NCBI GenBank assembly: GCA_964576115.1
Contig: CAZNUA010000032.1
Location: 1 to 42,989 of the forward strand
Origin: an uncultured Gemmatimonadota bacterium
GTDB taxonomy: Bacteria > Blakebacterota > Blakebacteria > Blakebacterales > Blakebacteraceae
Length of the DNA: 42,989 nt
Direction of reading: 5' to 3'
Part shown: positions 1 to 8,556 of the stretch, in pieces
Layout: the number at the start of each line of letters is the position of its first letter
Numbering within the stretch: the stretch's first letter is position 1
The notes under the pieces: generated by a model
Told to the model about the DNA's origin: nothing
Databases searched by the model: none
Seen by the model: the letters and a program-made list of their open reading frames with translations, nothing else
Position numbers and translations under genes: made by a program

Positions 1-203
1 AGGCTGTGGCAGGGTGCCGGAGAGCATGACAGCGGGCATTGCCGGGTGTCATCAGCTACACAGAGGCCTCATATTACAAAGAGGTTTCATATCCGGCTGA
101 AGGAACCCGGGAACCCCGGAAAACGGCAATTGACGACGAAATTCAGTTACCTGCACCTCAGGGGAAGGGATTATTCACGCAAGTACCGCCAGGGCATCTC
201 ATC

Positions 204-1370
204 TCAGCCGGAATTCACCAGGGTACTCCGGATCATGCTCAGGAATTCCAGATAGGTCCCGGTCCCCCGCGACTGGGAGAAGTAGAGCGCAATGAGATCC
301 TCTTCCGGAAAGGCGAAGGCGATAGTTCCATCGGAACCGATGTGACCGAAGCCTGAGATCCGTGGTTCGTCTGTTCCTCTCCCTTGATCCGGATCGGCCC
401 GCAACACATTCCAGTGCATGCCATATTGCGGGATCACGCCAGGGGCGAAAGCCGTAGCGACGATCTCGCGCGAGAGAAATCCCACATCATTTCCGTGATA
501 GCAATCCATCCATTTCGCCATGAACCGGGCGTAATCCAGTGGGGTGGAATAGACACCGCCGCTGGCCCGGAAAAAGGGGACCTTCTGCGCCTCGGTATGA
601 TCCCAGTACTTGATGTATCCGTCCTCTCCTTCCTGCAGTTCGTAGGTGCTGCTCACGCGGGGACGCCGGGGATCGTCGAGAGAAAGGAAGGTTAGGGTGT
701 CCTCCATCCCCAGGGGGGTCAGTATCCGCTCTTCGATGAACTGCTCGACCGGCATGCCGGATACTTCGGCGACGATCGCTCCCAGAGCAGCCGATCCTCC
801 ATCACAATAGAGGAACCCGGAACCCGGTTCGCGGTCGGGTCCTCTCTCCCCGAGGTCATCCACGGCTTCACGCAGATTCCGGTACGTGGCTATGTCTTTC
901 GGGTAACCGGGATCGGGAAAGCCGCTGCTGTGGTGGAGCAGATGGGTGATGGTGATATCTTCCGAGCGTTCATTTCTGAATGAGGGAAGGTAGTTCGCAA
1001 CGGGATCATCGAGCGAAAGGCGTCCCTGGTCCGCCAGCATGAGGATGGCAGTCCCCACAATCGGTTTGGTCATGGAGCGGACCCGGAAGATCGTGTTCCG
1101 GGTCATGGGCAGATTGCGTTCGCGATCTCTATCGCCGAATACTTCATGAAAGACCGTATATCGATTCTTGATTAATACGACTTCGGCTCCAACCACCTGT
1201 CCTGAATCCACCCATGATGCAACGAGTTCGGCCAGCGAGGTGAGGGTGCTGTCCTGTAGTCCCAGCCTGGACGGTTCAGCGGGGGGAAAGGGTGGTGAGC
1301 TGCTCTGCGCACAGGCCGCAGATACACTCAGCAGGGCAGATACACTCAGCAGGAGTGGCAGGAACAGCAC
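204..1370 (-). CDS. Secreted beta-lactamase-family serine hydrolase (class C/AmpC-like esterase/peptidase)
   Basis: 388 aa ORF with hydrophobic N-terminal signal; SxxK motif (FRVRSMTK), LLxHxSG (LLHHSSG), Y-x-N-like FLYCD, LGMEDT, GG-x-STxxDxARF and C-terminal FGHIG. GTG start is approximate. Confidence 0.9.
   Translation of the reverse strand: MLFLPLLLSVSALLSVSAACAQSSSPPFPPAEPSRLGLQDSTLTSLAELVASWVDSGQVVGAEVVLIKNRYTVFHEVFGDRDRERNLPMTRNTIFRVRSMTKPIVGTAILMLADQGRLSLDDPVANYLPSFRNERSEDITITHLLHHSSGFPDPGYPKDIATYRNLREAVDDLGERGPDREPGSGFLYCDGGSAALGAIVAEVSGMPVEQFIEERILTPLGMEDTLTFLSLDDPRRPRVSSTYELQEGEDGYIKYWDHTEAQKVPFFRASGGVYSTPLDYARFMAKWMDCYHGNDVGFLSREIVATAFAPGVIPQYGMHWNVLRADPDQGRGTDEPRISGFGHIGSDGTIAFAFPEEDLIALYFSQSRGTGTYLEFLSMIRSTLVNSG
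1318..1353. repeat. Perfect 18-bp tandem duplication in the signal-peptide region
   Basis: GCAGATACACTCAGCAGG at 1318-1335 and 1336-1353; encodes LLSVSA-LLSVSA on the minus strand. Confidence 0.95.
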
Positions 1371-1372
1371 GG

Positions 1373-1410
1373 TACAGATCTGTATCCTTGGTCACCTACG
1401 CATAGGTGAC
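1373..1410. promoter_or_regulatory. Two adjacent palindromes upstream of the serine hydrolase (candidate operators or leader hairpins)
   Basis: TACAGATCTGTA (1373-1384, perfect 12-bp palindrome) and GTCACCTA-cgca-TAGGTGAC (1391-1410, perfect 8-4-8 inverted repeat). Function is inferred. Confidence 0.45.
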
Positions 1411-1667
1411 ATAGGTATATATCGATACGTGTCGGTTGCAGGGAAGGTTTCGACAGGAACTTCGTCTATTTCATGTTCCGGTCCCTTACAGCTCGCCAGG
1501 GCTATCTTCCTCGATCGGGTGCCGGACCTGGTCGGTGAGCTGGACAAGGAGAGGGGACAAGCCAGTGGCCTTCTCGCTGGCGCCTGAGTCGGGGGTGGAC
1601 TACTCTTCCTGCCCGAATTGCATGCCATAGACAGCATTCACCTGCAGACGAGTGGAACGACCATCCG

Positions 1668-3146
1668 ATGAACGAATCGTGCGGAGAGTGCCGAGAGATG
1701 TGCGCCTCGCGCCATGCCGGTCACGCCCACCTGGGACCGGAAGGGGGGCGGGGGCGTCTGACGGCCGTCATCGGCCTGCTCACAGGGGCCCTGGTGGTGA
1801 TTTTTATCGCCGCCAGGCTGTCGAACCGGGTAGGAGCGCAGGCCGGTCCGCCGCAGACCGATGTGCAGATCACGACCGGACCCGACTCGGCGGTCGAGAC
1901 CGCGATCGCCATCGACCCCACCGATCCCGACCACATCGTCGGATCGGCGGTGGTGACCTTCGGCGACCCGAGTCGGCGTTCGATCTCGAACTTCACCTAT
2001 GTGACCCGCGATGCCGGCCGGACCTGGACCGCGGTCGAGATGCCCAATCCCGAGAACCGGGTGCAGGGGGACGATGCGGTCGCGATCACGGCAGACGGCC
2101 GGGTCGTGCGCACCTACATCGCTTTTTCACAGCTCCGCAATCCCCGCGGCCTGCACCCCACGACGGGGATCTGGGTGGCCCTGTCCGATGACGGCGGCCT
2201 GACCTGGCGCGATCCCATCCCGGTCGTCGACCATGTCAATACGATTGAACCCTTCGAGGACAAACCCTACCCGGCGGTTGACATCGTCCGTGGCAGCCCG
2301 TACGAGGGCAGCGTCTATATCGCCTGGACCCGCTTCACCCGCTACGGCAGTCCCGCCCCGCAGGATTCCAGTTTCATCTACTTTGTCTATTCGCGCGATC
2401 GGGGCGAGACCTGGCACCGTCCCCTGCGTCTGCCGGCGGCCGGAGGCGATGCCCGCGACGGCGACAATACAGTCGAGGGGGCCGTACCGGCGGTGGGACC
2501 GGGGGGTGAGGTCTATCTTTCCTGGTCGGGCCCGCGGGGGATCGAGTTCACGCGTTCCGACGACGGCGGCGCGAGTTGGTCCGAAGCCCGTACCGTGCTC
2601 GACCAGCCGGGGGGCTGGGATATCGGCATAGCGGATTTGGGGCGGGCAAACGGCATGCCGGTGACCGGCTGCGATATTTCCTCTGGTCAGCACCGCGGCA
2701 CGGTCTATATCACCTGGGCCGATCTGCGGAATAACGGCGGTCAGGACGGGGATGCCGATGTCTTCGTGGCCCGCTCCGAAGACGGCGGCCGGAGCTGGAG
2801 CGAACCGGTCAGGGTCCACGCCGATCCGGTCGGCAACGGGCGCGATCAATTTTTTACCTGGCTCGGGGTCGATCCGGTCGACGGGAGCGTGAATGTGGTC
2901 TACTACGACCGCCGGGCCGGTGAGGGCCGGGCGCTGGAGGTCTGGCTGGCGCGCTCAGAAGACGGGGGGCGCACATTCACCGAACGCCGGATCAGTTCCG
3001 AGGGTTTCCGGCCCGACCGGCGTCGTTTCTTCGGCGATTACAACGGCATCAGCGCCTACGGGGGGCGGGTGGCCTGCCTGTGGACCCACTCGTTGCCCGA
3101 GGCGAACGTGCTGCGCGCTGCCGTCATAGACTTCAGGGAGCGTTGA
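1668..3146 (+). CDS. Membrane-anchored/exported BNR/Asp-box beta-propeller protein (sialidase-like fold)
   Basis: N-terminal hydrophobic helix; six Asp boxes (TRDAGRTW, SDDGGLTW, SRDRGETW, SDDGGASW, SEDGGRSW, SEDGGRTF); C-terminal FFGDYNGI. Start could be ATG 1698. Confidence 0.85.
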   Translation: MNESCGECREMCASRHAGHAHLGPEGGRGRLTAVIGLLTGALVVIFIAARLSNRVGAQAGPPQTDVQITTGPDSAVETAIAIDPTDPDHIVGSAVVTFGDPSRRSISNFTYVTRDAGRTWTAVEMPNPENRVQGDDAVAITADGRVVRTYIAFSQLRNPRGLHPTTGIWVALSDDGGLTWRDPIPVVDHVNTIEPFEDKPYPAVDIVRGSPYEGSVYIAWTRFTRYGSPAPQDSSFIYFVYSRDRGETWHRPLRLPAAGGDARDGDNTVEGAVPAVGPGGEVYLSWSGPRGIEFTRSDDGGASWSEARTVLDQPGGWDIGIADLGRANGMPVTGCDISSGQHRGTVYITWADLRNNGGQDGDADVFVARSEDGGRSWSEPVRVHADPVGNGRDQFFTWLGVDPVDGSVNVVYYDRRAGEGRALEVWLARSEDGGRTFTERRISSEGFRPDRRRFFGDYNGISAYGGRVACLWTHSLPEANVLRAAVIDFRER

Positions 3147-3148
3147 CC

Positions 3149-3883
3149 ATGGCTGAGGACCACCGCTGTATCGGTATCATCGGCGGGATGAGCGCCGAAT
3201 CGACCGCGACCTATTACCTGCACATCCACCACCTGCATTTCGCGGCCACGAACCGGCATGACTATCCGCGGATCGTGATCGGCTCGATTCCCTTCGAAGC
3301 GGTGAGCGAGGCCTCGCACGAGGGGGACTGGGAAGCGATCCGCGACATGGTCCAGGCCGAGGGGGAAGCTCTGGAGGCCGCCGGCGCCGATTTCCTGCTC
3401 ATCGCCACTAACACCATCCACAAGGTCATGCCGGAGCTGCGTTTCAGGCGCCCGATGCTGGCCCTCTACGACGCCGTGGTCGCTTCAGCAGCCGAGCGGG
3501 AGATCCGAACCCTCGGGCTGACCGGAACGCGCTTCACGATGTCGGACGGGTTTTACGCCGAGGCGCTCGAAGCCCGCGGCCTGAAGGTCATCATCCCGGC
3601 CGAGACCGATCAGGATACCATTCACCGCATCATCTATGACGAACTCACCGCCGGGGTCGTCGAACCCGCCAGTCAGCAGGCTTTCGCCGAGGCCGGCAGC
3701 CGGCTCGTCGAACGGGGAGCCGATGCGGTCCTGCTGGGCTGCACCGAACTGGAAATGCTCACCCGCGCCGGCGCGGTCGACCTGCCCCTGCTCGATACCA
3801 CCACCGCCCACGCCGAAGCGGCCTGGAAGTACGCCACCGGCCGGGCCGATTATCCGCTCTTCGTCGGCGCCGGCGTGCTCTGA
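3149..3883 (+). CDS. Aspartate/glutamate racemase family protein (YgeA/RacX-like)
   Basis: IGIIGGMSAEST, ATNTIH, GLTGTRFTM and LLGCTEL motifs; ATG 2 nt after the upstream stop with GGGAG upstream. Confidence 0.92.
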   Translation: MAEDHRCIGIIGGMSAESTATYYLHIHHLHFAATNRHDYPRIVIGSIPFEAVSEASHEGDWEAIRDMVQAEGEALEAAGADFLLIATNTIHKVMPELRFRRPMLALYDAVVASAAEREIRTLGLTGTRFTMSDGFYAEALEARGLKVIIPAETDQDTIHRIIYDELTAGVVEPASQQAFAEAGSRLVERGADAVLLGCTELEMLTRAGAVDLPLLDTTTAHAEAAWKYATGRADYPLFVGAGVL

Positions 3884-3901
3884 GCCAGGGGAGCGGACCG
3901 C

Positions 3902-4672
3902 ATGATCGAACCGTTCGGCCTCAGCGCCCTGCTGTACACCCTGACCGGAATCTGTGCCGGGCTGCTGGGCGCCATCCTCGGTCTGGGCGGGGGGGTGCTG
4001 ATCGTGCCGGTCCTGACCCTGCTGCTCAAAGTGCCGGCCCACATGGCGGTTGCGGCCAGCCTGGTGGGGGTGGTGGCGACTTCGGTCTCTTCGAGCGCCG
4101 GCTACATGAAACGGGGTCTGCCCCTGGTACGTACCGGCCTGACCCTGGAACTGACCACCATCGCGGGAGCGATCGTGGGCTCGATCGCCGCCGGTTACCT
4201 GCCCGATGACGCCATCTTCGTCCTCTTCAGCCTGCTCCTGCTCTACACCGCCTGGAACATGTGGCGGGGCCGACGGGTGCGCGAGGTCGAGGGTGATCCC
4301 GAGAGTTTCACGACCACCCCCCTGGCCCTGGTCGGTTCGGGTGCAGCCGGCTGTATTTCGGGTACCCTCGGGGTCGGAGGGGGGGTGCTCAAGGTGCCGG
4401 TCCTGAATATCCTGATCGGAGCCCCGATCCATCGCTCCACCTCGACCTCGACCTTCATGATGGGGCTTACCGCGGCAGCGGGTTGTGTCGCCTACTACGT
4501 GCGGGGGGAACTGCTCATCGCCCTGGCCGCCCCGCTGGTGGCCGGGGTGCTGATCGGAGCCCGTCTCGGGCCGCGCGCCGCTGTCAGGATCAAGGCCGCC
4601 GGAATCCGACGGGCCTTCGTGTTCGTGCTCGTCTTCGTGGCCATCCGCATGAGCTGGGGAGTTTTCGCATGA
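3902..4672 (+). CDS. TauE/SafE (TSUP) family membrane transporter
   Basis: 256 aa, highly hydrophobic, with two GLGGG/GVGGG-VLxVP repeats typical of TSUP. Confidence 0.9.
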   Translation: MIEPFGLSALLYTLTGICAGLLGAILGLGGGVLIVPVLTLLLKVPAHMAVAASLVGVVATSVSSSAGYMKRGLPLVRTGLTLELTTIAGAIVGSIAAGYLPDDAIFVLFSLLLLYTAWNMWRGRRVREVEGDPESFTTTPLALVGSGAAGCISGTLGVGGGVLKVPVLNILIGAPIHRSTSTSTFMMGLTAAAGCVAYYVRGELLIALAAPLVAGVLIGARLGPRAAVRIKAAGIRRAFVFVLVFVAIRMSWGVFA

Positions 4673-4998
4673 CCTCCGGATCCGGAGATAACCGCAGCCG
4701 GGTGGGGGAGAACCGGTTGACCGAAGGCTTGGCCGAGCTCTACCGGCGGGGTTATGCGGCCGTTCTGGTCCTGATGCTGGCCGCGCTGCTGAGTCCGGTC
4801 ACCGGCTGGGAGGCGGTGGACGACCTGGCTCTGATCGGGATCGTCGTCCTGCTGGCCCTGCCGCTCGTGTCGGCTTTCTGGGTGGGGCTGGCGGCTCTGC
4901 GCCGGCGGGATACGGCCCTGCTGGGCATCGTGATCGGAATTTTCGGCCTGCTCGTTGCGGCCACCATCCTGCCCTTCCTGCTCTCCGGGGGGAGCTGA
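4669..4998 (+). CDS. Small 3-TM membrane protein, DUF1634-like partner of TSUP
   Basis: ATGA overlap with the TSUP stop; three hydrophobic segments; IGIVVLLALP...ALRRRD pattern and position match the usual TSUP partner. Confidence 0.65.
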   Translation: MTSGSGDNRSRVGENRLTEGLAELYRRGYAAVLVLMLAALLSPVTGWEAVDDLALIGIVVLLALPLVSAFWVGLAALRRRDTALLGIVIGIFGLLVAATILPFLLSGGS

Positions 4999-5001
4999 CC
5001 C

Positions 5002-5949
5002 GTGCGGTCCCCCGCGCCTGCGATCGGCGCGCTGATTGTCCTGTTCGCGCTCGCCTCCGGCTGCGCTGCCCTGCCCGGCGGGGAGCGCCTGTACGCCGAG
5101 AGACCTTTCGAGCCGCCCCGGTCCTATGCCGGCGGGGTCGTCGTGACCGAGATCTTCGTGCCCGGCTCCTCGGCTCTGGAGCCCACCCTGCAGCAGCTGG
5201 CCGGCTACTATCCCGACACCTATATGGTTCCGCTGGCCTACCACGTACACATTCCACCGCCACAGCGGTACTACCGCAACACGAGGCTCGATAACCGGCT
5301 GAACGTGCTGGCCAATCCGGCCGGGGCCGATAGAGCCCGGTACTACGATGTCGTGGACCGCACCGCCGCTCTCGTGGACGGCGAACCGGTGGATCTCCCC
5401 GCGCCTTCCGGCGAGCAGATTCCGCAGGGACGTTACAACCTGCTTCGGGACGCGATCGACCGCGAGTTCAGATTCATTCCCCCCGTGACGATCGCCCTCG
5501 AGGTGGACCGGCAGAGCAGTTCCTTCACCATCGCGGTCGAGGTCAGGCCCCTGATCGATCTGGCCGGGCACGACCTGGTCCTGCGGGTCGCCCTGGCCGA
5601 ACGTGAGAGTTTTGTGCCCGGCGCACAGGCGGCCGGACCGCCGGGGCGCTATGACGAAAACGTCCATCCCTTCGTCGTCAGGCATTTCCTCGGCGGGGTG
5701 GACGGCTACCCGATCGCTTTCAGCGACGGCTCCTTCCGTATCCAGCAGCATGTCTCACTCGATCATGTTGCTCACTCTCTCATGAACTGGCTCAACGAGG
5801 AAGCGGCCCGGCTGGGGGTGACGGAAGGTCAGCAGCGGCTGATCGACAACCCCGAGATGATCGGAGCCGGAGGCATATATGTCGTGGCGTTCGTGCAGCG
5901 CGAGCAGGACCGGCGGATCCTGCAGGCGGCGGTCTGGTATCCGGAATAG
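5002..5949 (+). CDS. Lipoprotein, Omp28-related (degenerate thioredoxin-like domain plus Ig-like domain)
   Basis: Lipobox LASG-C; VVTEIF...LAYHVHIP; C-terminal LRVALAE...HPFVVRHF...VVAFVQ...ILQA. Confidence 0.7.
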   Translation: MRSPAPAIGALIVLFALASGCAALPGGERLYAERPFEPPRSYAGGVVVTEIFVPGSSALEPTLQQLAGYYPDTYMVPLAYHVHIPPPQRYYRNTRLDNRLNVLANPAGADRARYYDVVDRTAALVDGEPVDLPAPSGEQIPQGRYNLLRDAIDREFRFIPPVTIALEVDRQSSSFTIAVEVRPLIDLAGHDLVLRVALAERESFVPGAQAAGPPGRYDENVHPFVVRHFLGGVDGYPIAFSDGSFRIQQHVSLDHVAHSLMNWLNEEAARLGVTEGQQRLIDNPEMIGAGGIYVVAFVQREQDRRILQAAVWYPE

Positions 5950-5982
5950 AACGGGCCAGGAGCCCGCGGGCGGTCGGCGGTC

Positions 5983-7071
5983 TCAGGGCACGAGCACGAC
6001 CTTGCCGAACTGACGCCGGTCATCCAGATAGATATGCGCATCGCGGGCTTCCGAGAGGCTGAAAACCCGGTCCACCACCGGCACCAGGTCGCCGGCACGG
6101 ACTCCGCGAACCACGTCGAGCAGCTCCCGGCGGCCCCCCATGTAGGAACCGATCAGGTGGATCTGCTTCACGAACAGGTAGCGCAGGTCGAGTTCGACCC
6201 GGCCCCCGCTGGTGGCGCCACAGGTGACCAGTCGTCCCCCGCGGGCCAGACAGCGCAGATTCTGCTCGAAGAGGTCGCGTCCGATGTGTTCGAAAACGAC
6301 GTCGACCCCGCGCCCGTCGGTCAGTTCGCGCACCGCTTCGGCAAAGTCCTGCTCGGTATAGTTGATGGCCGCGTCAGCTCCCAGTCCAATCCCCTGGTCG
6401 AGTTTTTCCTGGGTCGAGGCAGTGGTGTAAACGGTGGCGCCGGCCCGCTTGGCAATCTGGATGCCGGCCACCCCGACCCCCGAGCCGGCGGCATGCACGA
6501 GGACCGTTTCGCCAGCCTTCAGGCGCGCCTGTCGGCCGAGCATGTGGTAGGCGGTCAGGAAGGTGAGCGGCACCGCCGACCAGAGAACCGGATCGTCGTC
6601 GGCGTCGAGCGGGATGCACACATCGGCCGGCCGGGTGATCTCTTCGGCGTAGCCTCCCTGGAGCTGGTAACCGTAGATCTTGAACCCTTCGACACAGAGA
6701 CCGTCGAGGTCCTGCAGGCAGAACTCGCAGCGCCGGCAGCAGTTCATCGGTGAAACCAGGACCCGCTGTCCGGTCGCGATAGGATCGCCGTAGAGCCCGG
6801 CCAGGGCCGGCGATCCATCGGGGCCGGCGACCCCGCTCTCCTCATCTCCGGGACCGAGTTCTTCCACGATCCCGACTACTTCGCTGCCCAGCAGGTGCGG
6901 CATCGGCACTTTGGGGCCGGGCAGGCCTTCGCGAACCCAGATATCGAGGTGATTCAGGGCGACCGCTTCGACCCGCAGGCGCACTTCGCCCGCGGCGGGG
7001 ATGGGAGCGGGCACATCGGAGTACTCCAGAACCTCCGGTCCGCCGTGAGAATGGAAGAGGACCGCCTGCAT
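5983..7071 (-). CDS. MDR-family zinc-binding dehydrogenase / NAD(P)H:quinone oxidoreductase-like protein
   Basis: HGGPEVL, ALNHLD, structural-Zn motif CRRCEFC-x7-C, AAGSGVG, GRGVDVVFEH and FGKVVL. Confidence 0.9.
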   Translation of the reverse strand: MQAVLFHSHGGPEVLEYSDVPAPIPAAGEVRLRVEAVALNHLDIWVREGLPGPKVPMPHLLGSEVVGIVEELGPGDEESGVAGPDGSPALAGLYGDPIATGQRVLVSPMNCCRRCEFCLQDLDGLCVEGFKIYGYQLQGGYAEEITRPADVCIPLDADDDPVLWSAVPLTFLTAYHMLGRQARLKAGETVLVHAAGSGVGVAGIQIAKRAGATVYTTASTQEKLDQGIGLGADAAINYTEQDFAEAVRELTDGRGVDVVFEHIGRDLFEQNLRCLARGGRLVTCGATSGGRVELDLRYLFVKQIHLIGSYMGGRRELLDVVRGVRAGDLVPVVDRVFSLSEARDAHIYLDDRRQFGKVVLVP

Positions 7072-7098
7072 CGGGGCACGCTCCTGTCGGGATGGTGA

Positions 7099-8556
7099 TC
7101 AGAACAGGCTCGCGAAAGCGTTCCGGGCCGGTTCGAGGAGTCCGCCGGGGGCGATGCCGATGACGAGCACCGCGATCACCAGCAGATAGACGACGACCTC
7201 GGCCAGGCGGGGCCGCGGCCAGGGGAGGAAAGCTTTCTCGGCCGGTTTCATGTACATGTAGACGACCACACGCAGATAGTAGGCTACTCCCACGACGCTG
7301 GTCAGCACGCCGATGACGGCCAGGCCGACATAGCCGGACTCGATCGCGGCTCCGAAGACATAGAACTTCCCGAAGAAGCCGGCGGTGGGGGGAATGCCGG
7401 AGAGGCTGATCATGAAAACCGCCATGGCGGCTGCCAGCAGGGGGCGTTTGGCGGCCAGCCCGGCCATGTCCACAAGGGTCTCGCGGCGGTCGGCTCCTCC
7501 ACCCACGATGACAAGCACCCCGAAGGCGCCCAGGGTCATCAGGGCATAGGCGACCAGGTAGAAGAGGATACCCGAGCCGCTGTTGGTCGAAGCGGACGGA
7601 TTACTGCCAACGATGGCGGTCAGCAGGTATCCGGCATGGGCGATGCTCGAGTAGGCGAGCATCCGTTTCAGATTGGCCTGGGCCAGGGCGGCGAAATTGC
7701 CCACCACCATCGAGAGGACCGCCAGCCACCAGATGGCATCGGTCAGGGCGGCCCCGGTCCCGGCTACGATGAACCCGAAGATCCTCAGCACGGCGGCGAA
7801 ACCGGCCGCTTTCACGGCGGTGGCCATGAAGCCGGTGATCGGGGTGGGGGCGGCCTGATAGGCATCGGGAGCCCACATGTGGAAGGGGACCGCGGCCACC
7901 TTGAATCCGAGCCCGACCAGCAACATGGCCACCCCGGCGGTCAGCAGCAGGGGAGGTGTGCCCTCGACCGAGGTCAGGTAGAGGGCCAGTTCCGAGAAGG
8001 TCGTCGTGCGGGTCGTGCCGTAGATCAGGGCCACACCGTAGAGCAGGAAAGCCGAGGCGAACGCCCCCAGCAGGAAATACTTGACCGCTCCTTCGGACGA
8101 ACGGCGGTCGCCCCGGTTCAGGGCCACCAGCACGTAGGCGGACACGCTCATCGTTTCAAGACCGATGATCAGCGTGATCAGATCGCCGGCTGAAGCCATG
8201 GTCATCATCCCGACCGTGCCGAAGAGCAGCAGGCTGTAGTACTCGCCCGGAAAGCGTCCCTGACGTTCCTCGTGGGCGGTCGACAGGACGACCGTGATCA
8301 GGGCCGCAATTCCGAAGAGGACATAGAAATAGACCGGGTAGGCGCCGATGAGCCATGCGCCGCTGTAAGCTTCGGCCTGCAGGTTCCAGCTCAGCAGGCT
8401 GACGACGACACCCAGGCCGAGGCCGATACCGGCCAGCCAGGGGATCAGGCGGCTTCCCGGGCGGCCGAAGAGATCGGCCACCATGACGACCAGGGCCGCG
8501 AGCAGGACGGTCAGGACAGGGTAGACGGCGGGCCAGGAGAAGAGCTCGCTGGACAT
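7099..8556 (-). CDS. nuoN: NADH-quinone oxidoreductase subunit N
   Basis: SSEGAVKYFLLG, GFKVAAVPFHMWAPD, KRMLAYSSIAH, GIPPTAGFFGK; last gene of the nuo series; TGATG overlap with nuoM. Confidence 0.96.
   Translation of the reverse strand: MSSELFSWPAVYPVLTVLLAALVVMVADLFGRPGSRLIPWLAGIGLGLGVVVSLLSWNLQAEAYSGAWLIGAYPVYFYVLFGIAALITVVLSTAHEERQGRFPGEYYSLLLFGTVGMMTMASAGDLITLIIGLETMSVSAYVLVALNRGDRRSSEGAVKYFLLGAFASAFLLYGVALIYGTTRTTTFSELALYLTSVEGTPPLLLTAGVAMLLVGLGFKVAAVPFHMWAPDAYQAAPTPITGFMATAVKAAGFAAVLRIFGFIVAGTGAALTDAIWWLAVLSMVVGNFAALAQANLKRMLAYSSIAHAGYLLTAIVGSNPSASTNSGSGILFYLVAYALMTLGAFGVLVIVGGGADRRETLVDMAGLAAKRPLLAAAMAVFMISLSGIPPTAGFFGKFYVFGAAIESGYVGLAVIGVLTSVVGVAYYLRVVVYMYMKPAEKAFLPWPRPRLAEVVVYLLVIAVLVIGIAPGGLLEPARNAFASLF

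Noticed and set aside
1-203. Possible 5' end of a minus-strand gene running off the window
   Set aside because: Only 9-17 codons visible from several candidate ATGs; cannot be supported.
1392-1637. Small ORFs in the divergent intergenic region (81 aa minus, 64 aa plus)
   Set aside because: No motif, no clear RBS and atypical codon usage.
1668-1703. CxxCxxxC pattern (CGECREMC) at the N-terminus of the Asp-box protein
   Set aside because: Lies in an uncertain N-terminal extension; the real start may be ATG 1698, and nothing else suggests an Fe-S protein.
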